From an uncultured Actinomycetes bacterium (GTDB lineage: Bacteria; Actinomycetota; Thermoleophilia; UBA2241): a stretch of 64,000 nt of DNA. The notes under the pieces were generated by a model. The model saw only the letters and a list, made by a program, of their open reading frames with translations, made no database searches and was not told where the DNA came from. Each line of letters opens with the position of its first letter. Positions within the stretch are counted from its first letter, which is position 1. The position numbers were made by a program, and so were the translations under genes. Positions 30,478 to 43,890 of this stretch are shown one piece after another. The DNA is taken from contig CAVPVX010000002.1 of assembly GCA_963709345.1 (NCBI GenBank), positions 32,001-96,000 of the forward strand. The letters run 5' to 3'.

Positions 30478-31443
30478 GTGTACGAGCAGATCAGCCGCAA
30501 CCGCCGGGCGTCGTGGCTTCTCGCCGGGCTCGTCGTAGCGCTCCTCGCCGCGCTCGGCTACGCCATCGGCGTAGCGACGACGGGCGAGCATGCCGGCGGG
30601 CTCGGCCTCCTCGGCGTCTTCGGTATCGTCGCCATCGCCTGGAGCCTGATCGGCTATTACGCCGGCGACAAGATGATCCTCGCCGTCAGCGGCGCCCGCC
30701 GCGTCACCCACGACGACGAACCCCAGCTCTTCAACGTCGTCGAAGAGATGACTATCGCTGCAGGCCTCCCGCAGGCGCCGGCCGTCTACGTACTGGAGCA
30801 GGCCGCGCCCAACGCGTTCGCCACCGGCCGCGACCCCAGGCACGCCGCCGTCGCCGTCACCCGTGGCCTCATGGAGAGGCTCAACCGCGAGGAGATCCAG
30901 GGAGTCGTCGCCCACGAATTGTCCCACATCCGCAACTACGACATCCGCTTCGAGACGCTCGTCGGGGTCCTCGTGGGCATGATCGCGCTCATCGCCGACT
31001 TCTTCCTCCGCTGGAGCTTCTGGGGCGGCATGGGCCGGCGGCGCGGCGGCGGGAGCTCCGGGGACCAGGCCGGCTCCTTGTTCGCGATCGTCGCACTCGT
31101 GCTCGCGATCGTCGCCCCGCTGGCCGCGTACGCAGTGCAGTTCGCGGTCTCGCGCCGCCGCGAGTACCTGGCCGACGCCTCGGCCGTGGAGCTCACGCGC
31201 AATCCCCTGGGCCTCGCGCGGGCGCTCCACCGCATCTCCGCCGACCCTACGCCGATGCGCCAGGCAAACCGCGCGACGGCTCACCTGTACATCGCGAACC
31301 CCCTCAAGAAGACGAAGGCGGTCAGCAGCGTCTTCGACACCCACCCGCCGATCGCGCAGCGCATCGCCGTGCTCCTGGAGATGGCCCACGCCGGGCCCGA
31401 GGCCCTCGAAGCACCATCCACGCCGGCGGGCGCTGCCGAGCGA
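30478..31443 (+). CDS. htpX: HtpX-like M48 zinc metalloprotease (stop apparently lost; ORF as sequenced runs to 32007)
   Basis: PNAFATG, HELSH, REYLAD, THPP; homology ends near codon 310-320. Confidence 0.88.
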
Positions 31444-31833
31444 TCAGTCCACGCCGGCGACGCCTGCGCGGTAGAGGTCGCTGCCGGGGCGAAGGGCGCG
31501 GGCCAGGCGCAGGTGCGCCCGCGCCTCGACAGTGTGCCCGGTCTCGGCGAGGCAGCGCGCCAGCGCGTAGTGCGCGTAGTCGTTGTCGGGCACGTCCGCG
31601 ACGACGGCCGCAAACAGCTCCGCCGCGCGGCCGGGCCTCCCCAGGGCGTACTCGGCCCGGCCCAGCGCCTCCCGGATGGAGTCACGGCCCGGCTCGAGCT
31701 TCAGCGCCTTCTCAAGCAGCATGGAGGCCTGGGCGGGGTGCCGCGCCTCGAGGAAGGCCATGCCCCGGCGGTAGAGCGAGTGAGCCTCGCTCTCGGCGTC
31801 GAAGGCCGGCTCGCGGCGCGGCGGCGGTCCCAC
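31444..31833 (-). CDS. Tetratricopeptide repeat protein
   Basis: SIREALGRAEY..PDNDYAHYALARCL TPR-like helices; start uncertain. Confidence 0.75.
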   Translation of the reverse strand: MGPPPRREPAFDAESEAHSLYRRGMAFLEARHPAQASMLLEKALKLEPGRDSIREALGRAEYALGRPGRAAELFAAVVADVPDNDYAHYALARCLAETGHTVEARAHLRLARALRPGSDLYRAGVAGVD

Positions 31834-31843
31834 TGGCGTCGAG

Positions 31844-32401
31844 CTACAGACCGAGCTCGGGAGCCACGCCCTGCATCGCCTCGAGCCCGAGCAGCAGGAA
31901 CTCGTCGAGTCCCACACCCAGCTCGACGCAGCGGGCGATCCCCTCGCGGTCGACGCCGCGCGCGAACGCGCCCTCGCGGTACCGTTTACGCACCGACTTC
32001 GCCCTGACGCCGACCAGGTCCTTGTCCGGGCGCACCAGGGCGGCTGCCGTCACGAGCCCGCTGAGCTGGTCGGCGGCAATCAGACCGACGTCGAGCCGGG
32101 TCGTCGCGACGACACCGGTCTCGGGGTTGTGCGCAGCCACCGCGTGGGCCGCCTCGTCGGGCAGACCGAGTTCGCGAACCGCGTCCGCGGCGACCGCGCC
32201 GTGACGGGCCGCGTCGCCCTCGGTCTCCTCGACATCGAGGTCGTGAGCCAGCCCCGCGAGCCCCCACACATCGGGATCCTCCCCCAGACGGGCGGCCAGA
32301 GCCCGCATGATCGCCTCCGTCGCCAGCATGTGCCGGCGTAGGTTGACGTTCGCGACGCGACCCTCGACCGCGGCCACGACGACGTCGCGGTCGGCGCTCA
32401 T
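31844..32401 (-). CDS. HD(IG) domain metal-dependent phosphohydrolase
   Basis: NLRRHMLATEA, LAHDLD, AADQLSGL, FARGVDR. Confidence 0.85.
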   Translation of the reverse strand: MSADRDVVVAAVEGRVANVNLRRHMLATEAIMRALAARLGEDPDVWGLAGLAHDLDVEETEGDAARHGAVAADAVRELGLPDEAAHAVAAHNPETGVVATTRLDVGLIAADQLSGLVTAAALVRPDKDLVGVRAKSVRKRYREGAFARGVDREGIARCVELGVGLDEFLLLGLEAMQGVAPELGL

Positions 32402-33612
32402 CCGGAGAGCCCCTTCTCGATCTGGTCGACGATCACCGCGGCGCAGGCCGCCTTGGAGGTGCGCGGCACGTGAAGCTCGGAGTCGGCCGAGAGGATCGTG
32501 ACCTCGTTCTCGTCCGAGCCGATGCCGACGCCCTCGGCGAGGATGTCGTTGAAGACGAGGAGGTCGACGCCCTTGGCGGCCTTCTTCGCGCGCGCCCTGT
32601 CGAGGCGGGGACCGGCCTCGGCGGCGAAGCCCACTCTGTAGAGGTCCGGGCGCGCCGCCGTCGCGAGCACGTCGATGGTGCGCACGAGCTCGAGGACGAG
32701 ACTGTCGCGCCCGCCCCGCTCGATCTTGCCGGCTTCCTCGTCGCGCGGCCGGAAATCGGCCACCGCCGCGGCCATCACGAGGACGTCCGCATCCCGCACC
32801 TGCTCGCCCACCGCCACCGCCATCTCGGCGGCGCTCTCGACGTCCACGGTGTCGTAGGGCGCGCCGGAGACGGGCTGCGTCGTGACCAGCGTCACGCGGG
32901 CGCCGCGAAGGTACGCCTCGTCGGCGACCGCGCGGCCCATCTTGCCGCTCGAGCGATTACCGATGAAGCGCACCGCGTCGATACGTTCGCGCGTGCCGCC
33001 CGACGTGATCACGACCTTCGTGCCGGCCAGCGGTCCTTCCGCCGAAGCCGCCAGCGCGCGGCGCACCGCCAGGCGGATGGCGTCTGGAGAAGCCATGCGA
33101 CCGGTGCCCTCCTCGCCGCAGGCGAGTTCCCCCCGCTCGGTGGGAAGCACCTCCACCCCGCGTCCGGCGAGAACGCGCAGGCTCTCCTGCGTGGCGGGAT
33201 GCTCGTACATGGCCCAGTTCATCGTGGGAGCCACGATTACCGGGCCGCGGAAGGCGAGGTAGGTCGAGGTGAGCAGGTTGTCGGCTATCCCGGCCGCCAT
33301 CTTCGCCAGCGTGTTGGCGGTGGCGGGAGCGACCACCATGACACTCGCCGACCGCGCCGCCTCGATGTGCTGGAACCAGCCGCCGCTCGCCTGCCAGGCG
33401 CTGTCGTCGTCGAGCACCGGCGCCTGCGAAACGGCGGCGAAGGTCAGCGGCATCACGAAACGGCGGGCCGCCTCGGTGCTGACCACCAGCGGCTTGAGAC
33501 CGTCCTTCACGAGCCCTCGCACCAACTCCACCGCCTTGTAGATGGCGATGCCGCCGGTCACACCGACGAGGACGGTGCGGGCACGAACTGGGCAGGGCGG
33601 CGCCGGATCCAT
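32398..33612 (-). CDS. coaBC: Phosphopantothenoylcysteine decarboxylase/ligase
   Basis: GVTGGIAIYK, APATANT, NRSSGKMG, AAVADFRP; start ATG 33612. Confidence 0.95.
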   Translation of the reverse strand: MDPAPPCPVRARTVLVGVTGGIAIYKAVELVRGLVKDGLKPLVVSTEAARRFVMPLTFAAVSQAPVLDDDSAWQASGGWFQHIEAARSASVMVVAPATANTLAKMAAGIADNLLTSTYLAFRGPVIVAPTMNWAMYEHPATQESLRVLAGRGVEVLPTERGELACGEEGTGRMASPDAIRLAVRRALAASAEGPLAGTKVVITSGGTRERIDAVRFIGNRSSGKMGRAVADEAYLRGARVTLVTTQPVSGAPYDTVDVESAAEMAVAVGEQVRDADVLVMAAAVADFRPRDEEAGKIERGGRDSLVLELVRTIDVLATAARPDLYRVGFAAEAGPRLDRARAKKAAKGVDLLVFNDILAEGVGIGSDENEVTILSADSELHVPRTSKAACAAVIVDQIEKGLSG

Positions 33613-33619
33613 AGCGGTG

Positions 33620-33859
33620 TCAGTCGGGGGCCGTGTACTCGATCTTGTTGTCGACGATCTCCTCGAAGGAGATGGTGAGGAGGTTCGTGCTGCGCGTCGG
33701 GATGAGCGGCGGCGTGAGACCCTCGAGGCCGAGGGTGTTCTCGCCGAGGCTGTGGTAGTAGTTGTTGATCTGGCGGGCGCGCTTGGCCGCGACCATGACC
33801 AAGGCATAGCGCGAGCCGCCGGCGTGCGGCAGAAGCTCGTCGATGCGGGGCTTGTCCAC
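33620..33859 (-). CDS. rpoZ: RNA polymerase omega subunit
   Basis: SRYALVMVAAKRARQIN; gmk-rpoZ-coaBC synteny. Confidence 0.93.
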   Translation of the reverse strand: MDKPRIDELLPHAGGSRYALVMVAAKRARQINNYYHSLGENTLGLEGLTPPLIPTRSTNLLTISFEEIVDNKIEYTAPD

Positions 33860-34419
33860 TAGGCTTCCTTCCTTCGTTCTCGGATCAGGGCGGCCACCTC
33901 GTCGGCAGCTCGCCCGGCTGTTTCGTTCACCACGATATGGTCGAACTCCTGTGCTGCGGCGACCTCAGCCTCGGCTCTCCTCAACCTCCGGGCGATCGCC
34001 TCGGCGGTCTCCGTGCCGCGGCCGCGCAGGCGCTGCGCCAACTCGGCCATGCTGGGCGGGGCGATGAACACAGACACCGCCTCAGGCAGGGCTCGCCGTG
34101 CGGCGCGCGCGCCCACGAGCTCGATCTCGAGGATCACATCGTCACCGGCCGCGACCTTGCTCTCGACCTCACGGCGCAGCGTTCCGTACAGATGGCCACT
34201 GTACTCCACCCATTCCAGAAAGTCGCCCGCGGCGACGGCGCGCTCGAAGCCGGCACGATCGAGAAAGTGATACTCGCGACCGTCCACCTCCCCGGGCCGA
34301 GGGGCCCGCGTCGTCGCCGAGACCGAGGTCACCACATGGTCCATCCGCTGCTTGACGAGGGCGATGATCGTACCCTTCCCGGCGCCGGACGGCCCCGACA
34401 CCACGAAGACCGCGGCGAT
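33859..34419 (-). CDS. gmk: Guanylate kinase (probable ATC start)
   Basis: SGPSGAGKGT, TTRAPRPGEVDG, YGT; GGAGG SD 8 nt before ATC 34419. Confidence 0.93.
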   Translation of the reverse strand: MAAVFVVSGPSGAGKGTIIALVKQRMDHVVTSVSATTRAPRPGEVDGREYHFLDRAGFERAVAAGDFLEWVEYSGHLYGTLRREVESKVAAGDDVILEIELVGARAARRALPEAVSVFIAPPSMAELAQRLRGRGTETAEAIARRLRRAEAEVAAAQEFDHIVVNETAGRAADEVAALIRERRKEA

Positions 34420-34423
34420 GGCG

Positions 34424-34756
34424 TCAGCCTCCGAAGAAGGCGAGGAGCTCGTCCCGCTGCCGCTCCGAGAGACCGCCGACGGTCTTGCTCGGGCTGATAC
34501 GGCACTGCTCGAGGATGCGGGCCGACTTGACGCGACCGCACTTGGGCGCGGCCATGAGCAGGTCGGAGACCTTGGCCGTGAGCAGGTACTCGGGCGGCGC
34601 GGCGAGCACATCGTCGATGCGCACAGCTCCGCGCTTGAGGTCGGCCTTGAGCGTCGCGCGCCTGCTGCGGACCTCGTTGGCCTTGCCCAGCGCGTCCATG
34701 CGCTGGTCGAGAGACCGCGCCGGAGCCTGGTTGAATTGCTTGGGAGAGCCGGACAT
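34424..34756 (-). CDS. mihF: Actinobacterial-type integration host factor (mIHF)
   Basis: RSRRATLKADLK, KVSDLLMAAPKCGRVK, VGGLSERQR; upstream of gmk. Confidence 0.88.
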   Translation of the reverse strand: MSGSPKQFNQAPARSLDQRMDALGKANEVRSRRATLKADLKRGAVRIDDVLAAPPEYLLTAKVSDLLMAAPKCGRVKSARILEQCRISPSKTVGGLSERQRDELLAFFGG

Positions 34757-34764
34757 CGGGCGGA

Positions 34765-34794
34765 AGTATATGCGATTCCGCTCCCGGTGTTCAA
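34765..34794 (-). promoter_or_regulatory. Promoter of a probably leaderless mIHF transcript
   Basis: TTGAAC-18nt-TATACT, 8 nt before the ATG, no SD. Confidence 0.65.
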
Positions 34795-34862
34795 CACGGA
34801 TTCCTAGACAAAACCGTCGCCTAGCTGGACTTTTTCCGCCCGGGGCCGAGCGACGCCACGCG

Positions 34863-35834
34863 TCAGGCCAGTAGAGCCAGGCCGCGCGCAGCGGCAGCCG
34901 AGACCAGACTGCGCGCCTCGAGCTCGTCGCGAAGCTCTCCGAGGATGCGCTGGGGAGCCTCGAAGGCGGTGAAGTTCGCGGCGCCGACGGCCACCGCGGT
35001 CGCGCCGCACGCGATGAACTCAAGGGCGTCGAGTCCGGTCATGACGCCGCCCATGCCGACGATGGGCACGGCGGGAAACGCGGCCGCGACCTCGGCGACC
35101 ATGCGCAGAGCGATGGGCTTGATGGCAGGCCCGCAGAGACCGCCGGTGCGGTTTCCGAGAAACGGCCGCAACGTCTGCCGGTCGAGCACCATCGCCTTGA
35201 ATGTGTTGACGAGCGACAGCCCGTCGGCGCCTGCCTCGACGGCCGCCCGGGCGGCCGCGGTGACGTCGGCCACGTTCGGCGTGAGCTTCGCGAGCACAAA
35301 GCGCTTTGTGAGAGGGCGGCAGGCGCCGACGACCTCGGCCGTGGCCGCCGGGTCGGCGCCGATCTGCAGCCCGCTCGAGACGTTCGGGCAGGAGACGTTG
35401 AGCTCGTACCCTTCGATGCGCGGCATGGAGCTCGCCGGAGCAGCCTCGAGACGAGCCTCTATCGCCGCGATCACGGAGGCGTACTGGCCCGGTTCGTTGC
35501 CGCCGACGCTGACGATCACGGGCTGCTTCAACGGCGCCCAGTCCGGCAGCCCGCCGATCCACGCCTCGACACCGGGGTTCTCCAGCCCGATCGCGTTGAC
35601 CATGCCCGCCGCCGTCTCGGTCACTCGCGGTGCGGGGTTACCGGTGCGCGCATCCACGGTGACGGTCTTGGGCACGTACGCGGCATACGGGAAGTCGGCG
35701 AAGTAGTCGCCCTCGTAGCGGTTCGCGTATTCGAGGAGGTCGAACGTCCCGGACGCGTCGATCAGTGGGTGTTCGAGGCGGATCGGTCCGAGCCGCACGG
35801 AGAGGTCGGGTCCCATGTGAGCGGCGCCACTCAC
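34863..35834 (-). CDS. pyrD: Dihydroorotate dehydrogenase 1B catalytic subunit
   Basis: ASGTF, NAIGLENPG, ELNVSCPN, AKLTPN. Confidence 0.93.
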   Translation of the reverse strand: MSGAAHMGPDLSVRLGPIRLEHPLIDASGTFDLLEYANRYEGDYFADFPYAAYVPKTVTVDARTGNPAPRVTETAAGMVNAIGLENPGVEAWIGGLPDWAPLKQPVIVSVGGNEPGQYASVIAAIEARLEAAPASSMPRIEGYELNVSCPNVSSGLQIGADPAATAEVVGACRPLTKRFVLAKLTPNVADVTAAARAAVEAGADGLSLVNTFKAMVLDRQTLRPFLGNRTGGLCGPAIKPIALRMVAEVAAAFPAVPIVGMGGVMTGLDALEFIACGATAVAVGAANFTAFEAPQRILGELRDELEARSLVSAAAARGLALLA

Positions 35835-36618
35835 GACCGTACCTCGTCGAGCGCGAACACCGGTCCCTCGCTGCAGACGCGCAGCCTGCCACGCGCCGTA
35901 TCGACCACGCACCCGTGGCAGGACCCCGTGCCACAGGCCATGTGCGCCTCGAGCGAAGCGAAGCCTCTGAGCTTCTCCTCGACGACCCAGTGCTGGACGG
36001 CGGCGATCATCGGCGCCGGCCCGCACACGTAGACGGTCGTGCCGGGCGGCACGTCGAGATCGGCGAGGATGCGCAGCACCGTGCCGGAGCGGCCGACGCT
36101 CCCGTCCTCGGTCGCCACCCACAACCGATCGATGGCGAACGCTCCGGCGACGCGAGCGGCGCGGAAGTCGCGGAAGCCGAGGGCGGCGGTGACCTGGCTA
36201 TGCGCCGCCGCCAGCTCGTCGGCCACGTACTGGAGCGGGGCGCACCCGATGCCGCCGCCGACGAGCAGGGCGTTGGTCACACCTGCGGTGGGGAACGCGC
36301 TCCCCAGCGGCCCGGCGATGGTCACGGTCTCCCCCACCTCGAGGCCGGCGAGCCGTTCGCTGCCGCTCCCGCGCGCCTCGACCAGCAGACCGATGCGGTC
36401 GCCGCGCACGGTGAACAACGACAGCGGCCGCCGCAGCAGGTGGCCGCCGCCCGGCACGGCGACCATCACGAACTGCCCCGGCGAGGCCTTCGCGGCGACC
36501 CCTGGGGCGATCAGCTCGATCGCGGCGAAGGCGCCGTAGTGGCGCATGCCGGCGACCCTGCAGCGCGAACTCTCCGCCCACTGCGAGAGGTGGTGATGCG
36601 TCTCTTCGGCAGGCTCGG

Positions 36619-36622
<4 letters not shown>
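35831..36622 (-). CDS. pyrK: Dihydroorotate dehydrogenase electron transfer subunit
   Basis: [33 protein letters not shown]. Confidence 0.93.
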
Positions 36623-39815
<3,193 letters not shown>

Positions 39816-39816
<1 letters not shown>

Positions 39817-40925
39817 CAGGCCTCCCCGCCCCGCTTGAAGCGGTCGATCTCGTCACGGAACCGCTCGAAGAGGTACAGCGAATCGTGCGGACCCGGTGTC
39901 GACTCGGGGTGGTACTGCACCGAGAAGGCACACCTCTCCGGCGCCGCCACGCCCTCCACGGTGCCGTCGTTCAGGTTGAGATGGGTGATCTCGGCGCCGG
40001 CCGGCTCGTCGTCCTTCACCGCGAAACCATGATTCTGGGTCGTGATCTCTACGATCCCCGTGCGCAGGTCCTTGACCGGGTGGTTGGCGCCGCGGTGCCC
40101 GAACTTGAGCTTGTAGGTAGAGAAGCCGAGCGCCTGCGCCAGGAGCTGGTGCCCGAGGCAGATGCCGAACACGGGCACCTTGCCCAGCAGGCGTTCGACG
40201 GCCTTGATCGCGTACCCGACGGCGGCCGGGTCACCCGGGCCGTTGCTGAGGAACACGCCGTCGGGCTCCCGCTTGAGCACCTCGCGGGCGCTGGTCTGCG
40301 CGGGCACGACGGTCACGCGAAACCCGCGCTCGACGAGGCAACGGAGCATGGAGCGCTTGATGCCGTAGTCGTACGCGACCACGTGGAGGTCGGGCGCCGG
40401 CGCCCCTTCGAGCGCCGGCGCCTCGTAGGTCTCGTCGCAGGTGACGACTTTGGCCAGGTCGAGGCCGCCCATGGCGGGCAGACCCTGAGCGGCCTTGCGC
40501 AGGTCCCTGACGCCGGCGGCCTCGGTGCTGACGACGGCGCGGAGCGCCCCCTTCTCGCGAATATGCCGCGTAAGCGCTCGCGTGTCGACGCCGCTCACCG
40601 CGAGCACGCCGTGCTCCGCCAGCCAGTCCAGCCACGTCGTGCGTGAAGCACGGTTGAAGGCGTAGTTGGTGAGCTCCCTGGCGATGATCGCCCGCGCGTG
40701 CGCCCTGCCAGACTCGTCGCGCTCCGGGTCGGCGCCGTAGTTGCCGTTCATCGGGAACGTGTACGTGATGAGCTGGCCGCAGTAGGAGGGGTCGGTGGCG
40801 ATCTCCTGGTAGCCGGCCATGCTCGTGTTGAACACGATCTCGCCGCCGACGGTGCCGCCGCCGGTGAGCGCCTCTCCCGCGAAGGACGCTCCGTCCTCGA
40901 GCACGATAAGCGCCGGACTAGGCAA
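39816..40925 (-). CDS. carA: Carbamoyl-phosphate synthase small chain
   Basis: SNGPGDP, GICLGHQ, QYHPE. Confidence 0.97.
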
Positions 40926-42234
40926 GGTCGTCCCAGGCGACGCGGCCGGCGGCGACCGTGAACCGCACCTTGGCGGTGAGCTCGCGGCCGAGCCACGGTG
41001 AGTTGAAGGAGCGCGACCGCAGCCCGTCCGCCGTGACCGTCCACTTGAGGGACGGGTCGACGACGCAGAGGTCGGCGACGGCGCCTGGGCTGACGCTCGG
41101 CGCCGGCAGTCCGGCGATGCGAGCCGGCGCGGAACTCATGCGCGCGACCAGGGTCGTCAGGTCGAGCGCCTTTGCGAGCACCAGTCCTTCGTAGAGCACG
41201 CTGAAGGCCGTCTCCAGACCGATGCAGCCGAAGGGCGCCTCCTCGAACGGAACGTCCTTCTCCTCGGAGACGTGCGGCGCGTGATCGGTAGCGACGCAGT
41301 CGATCAGCCCATCGGCGAGCGCCGCCACGAGCGCGTCGCGGTCGGATTCGGCGCGCAGCGGCGGGTTCATCTTCAGGTTCGGATCCAGCGTCGCGACGCA
41401 CTCATCGGTGAGCGTGAGGTGGTGCGGCGTCGCCTCCGCAGTTACCCGCACGCCGGCCTCCCTGGCGCGGGCGAGCGCCTCAAGCGACGCGGCGGTGCTC
41501 ACGTGACAGACGTGCAGCGTCGCGTCCTCGTAGGCCGCGATGTCCAGCGCGCGCGACACGTCGAGGCTCTCGCAGAGCGACGGGATGCCGGTGAGGCCGA
41601 GCCGCGCGGACGCGGGACCCTCGTGCATCTGGCCGCCCTTGAAGAGCGAGTCGTCCTGGGCGTGGATCGCCACGAAGCGCCCGCTTACTTTGACGTACTG
41701 CAGGGCGCGCCGCGTGAGCGCCGCCGTCGCCAGCGGGTGGCCGTCGTCGCTGAAGCCGATGGCCCCGGCGGCGCCGAGCTCGCCCATCTCGGTGAGCTGC
41801 TCGCCGGCGAGCCCACGGGTGACTGCGGCGAAGAAGCCGAGAGGTATCACGGCGTCGGCGCGCGCCTGCTCCGCAAGCCCCTTCAGGATCGTCGCGGTGT
41901 CGACTACCGGCTCGGTGTTGGCCATGCCGAAGGCGGCGACGTAGCCGCCCGCCGCTGCAGCGGCAGAAGCGGTCGCGAGGTCCTCTTCGTCCTCGCGCCC
42001 GGGCGTGCGGAAGTGCGCGTGCAGGTCGACGAAGCCCGGCATGACCAGCATGCCGTCCGCGTCCACCACTCTCGAGTTCTTGCCGGCCTCGAGGCCGGCG
42101 CCGACCTCGGCGACCTTGCCCTTCCTGACGAGCACGTCACGAACGGCGTCGACGCCCGACTCGGGATCGACGACGCGCCCGCCCTTGATCAGCAGGTCGG
42201 CGGCCGGCAGGCGCTTGCACCACGTGCGTTCCAT
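40918..42234 (-). CDS. pyrC: Dihydroorotase
   Basis: DLHAHFRTPG, KMNPPLR, ATDHAPH. Confidence 0.95.
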   Translation of the reverse strand: MERTWCKRLPAADLLIKGGRVVDPESGVDAVRDVLVRKGKVAEVGAGLEAGKNSRVVDADGMLVMPGFVDLHAHFRTPGREDEEDLATASAAAAAGGYVAAFGMANTEPVVDTATILKGLAEQARADAVIPLGFFAAVTRGLAGEQLTEMGELGAAGAIGFSDDGHPLATAALTRRALQYVKVSGRFVAIHAQDDSLFKGGQMHEGPASARLGLTGIPSLCESLDVSRALDIAAYEDATLHVCHVSTAASLEALARAREAGVRVTAEATPHHLTLTDECVATLDPNLKMNPPLRAESDRDALVAALADGLIDCVATDHAPHVSEEKDVPFEEAPFGCIGLETAFSVLYEGLVLAKALDLTTLVARMSSAPARIAGLPAPSVSPGAVADLCVVDPSLKWTVTADGLRSRSFNSPWLGRELTAKVRFTVAAGRVAWDDLA

Positions 42235-43175
42235 CAGAGCACCTCCCCGCTCGCAGATCCGTCGCTGTAGCCGACGATGGTCCGGTACAGGATCGCCATG
42301 CGCACCGCGAGGCCGCTGAAGACCTGGTGGGCGATCAGGTTCTCGTCATCGTCGGCGATGTCGCTCGCGATCTCGACGCCGCGGTTGATCGGGCCGGGGT
42401 GCATGACCCTCTGCCCCGGACGCAGCCGCGCCTGCGAGATGCCGTAGAGCTCGCTGTACTCGCGCAACGACGGGAGGTAGTTGGCGCCCGCCTTGATGCG
42501 CTCCTTCTGGATGCGCAGCAGGTAGATGACGTCCGCGTCCTTGAGGTTCGCGAGGTCGTACTCGACGGTGACGCCCATCTCCTCGATACCGCGCGGCATC
42601 AGGGTCGGCGGCGACACCAGCGTCACGTCCATGCCGAGCATCTGGAAGCCCATGATGTCGCTGCGGGCAACGCGGCTGTGCAGGATGTCGCCGACGATGA
42701 AGACCTTGAGGCCGTCGAGGTCACGGCCGAGGTTCTGGCGCATGCTGAAGAGGTCGAGCAGGCACTGCGTGGGGTGCTGGTGCTTGCCGTCGCCGGCGTT
42801 GATGACGCTCGCCTCCGTGTTGGCCGAGAGTGTCTGGCAGGCGCCGGCCGAGGGGTGGCGCATGACGATGATGTCGGGCGAGTAGGCGCTCAGCGTGATC
42901 GCCGTGTCCTTGAGCGTCTCGCCCTTCTCGACGGCCGAGCCGCTGGACTTGAGCGCGAGCGTGTCGGCGGAGAGACGCTTGGCGGCCAGGTCGAAGCTCG
43001 AGGACGTCCGCGTCGACGCCTCCCAGAAGAGGTTGATGATGGTGCGTCCGCGCAGCGTCGGGACCTTCTTGATGTCCCGCTCGAGCACCGGCAGGAAGCT
43101 CTCCGCGGTGTCGAGGAGCAGTTCCACGTCGGCCCGGGTGAGGTCCTCGATGCTGATCAGGTCTCGTTTGGGCAT
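42234..43175 (-). CDS. pyrB: Aspartate carbamoyltransferase catalytic subunit
   Basis: ASTRT, HPTQCLLD, MHPGP. Confidence 0.97.
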   Translation of the reverse strand: MPKRDLISIEDLTRADVELLLDTAESFLPVLERDIKKVPTLRGRTIINLFWEASTRTSSSFDLAAKRLSADTLALKSSGSAVEKGETLKDTAITLSAYSPDIIVMRHPSAGACQTLSANTEASVINAGDGKHQHPTQCLLDLFSMRQNLGRDLDGLKVFIVGDILHSRVARSDIMGFQMLGMDVTLVSPPTLMPRGIEEMGVTVEYDLANLKDADVIYLLRIQKERIKAGANYLPSLREYSELYGISQARLRPGQRVMHPGPINRGVEIASDIADDDENLIAHQVFSGLAVRMAILYRTIVGYSDGSASGEVL

Positions 43176-43178
43176 TGG

Positions 43179-43760
43179 TCACGCCTCCTTGCGCACGAGG
43201 ACGACCTCGTCGACGCCGTCGCACTCTTCGACCCGCACCTTGATGCGCTCCCGCAAGGCTGTGGGCAGGTTCTTGCCGACGTAGTCGGGCCGGATGGGCA
43301 GCTCGCGGTGGCCGCGGTCCACGAGGACCGCGAGCTGCACCGCCGCCGGCCGCCCGTAGTCGAACAGCGCGTCGACGGCGGCGCGGATGGTGCGCCCCGT
43401 GTAGAGGACATCGTCGACGAGGACGACGCAGGCCCCGTCGATGGTGAAGGGCAGGTCGGTGTCCTTCACGACCGGCTGCGGTGTGCTGGGGATGACGCCG
43501 ACGGCGCCGCGCGCCGCCACGTCGTCGCGGTAGAAGGAGATGTCGAGATTGCCGGAGGCGTACGCGCAGCCTCCGACCTCGCAGAGCAGCTTGTGGATGC
43601 GCGCGCCGAGGAAGGCGCCGCGCGTGTGGATCCCCACGACTGCGAGGTTCTCCTCGCCGGGGTTCTTCTCGAGGATCTCGTGAGCGATGCGCGTGACCGT
43701 CCGCGACATCTGCTCGGCCGTCAGGACGACGGTCTCTGTGGAAGGTCTGGGTTCAGGCAT
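43179..43760 (-). CDS. pyrR: Pyrimidine operon regulator PyrR/uracil phosphoribosyltransferase
   Basis: RIAHEILE, LDISFYRDD, VDRGHRELPI; start ATG 43760 or GTG 43805. Confidence 0.95.
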   Translation of the reverse strand: MPEPRPSTETVVLTAEQMSRTVTRIAHEILEKNPGEENLAVVGIHTRGAFLGARIHKLLCEVGGCAYASGNLDISFYRDDVAARGAVGVIPSTPQPVVKDTDLPFTIDGACVVLVDDVLYTGRTIRAAVDALFDYGRPAAVQLAVLVDRGHRELPIRPDYVGKNLPTALRERIKVRVEECDGVDEVVLVRKEA

Positions 43761-43761
43761 G

Positions 43762-43854
43762 AAAATAGCGTCGCCGGCACCTGATGGCGTACGGCAACGC
43801 TGCACCCCCTTTCCGTCTCTCGGGACTTGGATTAAAGGTCACGCGTACTGTAGC
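43762..43854 (-). promoter_or_regulatory. PyrR-binding leader with downstream hairpin and U-tract
   Basis: CCTTTAA-tcc-AAGTCCCGAGAGACGG-AAAGG (43808-43838) resembles the PyrR binding loop; AGCGTTGCCG/CGGCGACGCT-ATTTT hairpin; extended -10 TGC-TACAGT. Confidence 0.8.
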
Positions 43855-43890
43855 AGCCGCGCCGGAGCGCGGCAAGACCGCCGGACGTCG

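Noticed and set aside
28665-31443. Accessory block as a mobile element or genomic island
   Set aside because: No integrase, transposase, tRNA target or flanking direct repeats, and codon usage resembles the core genes
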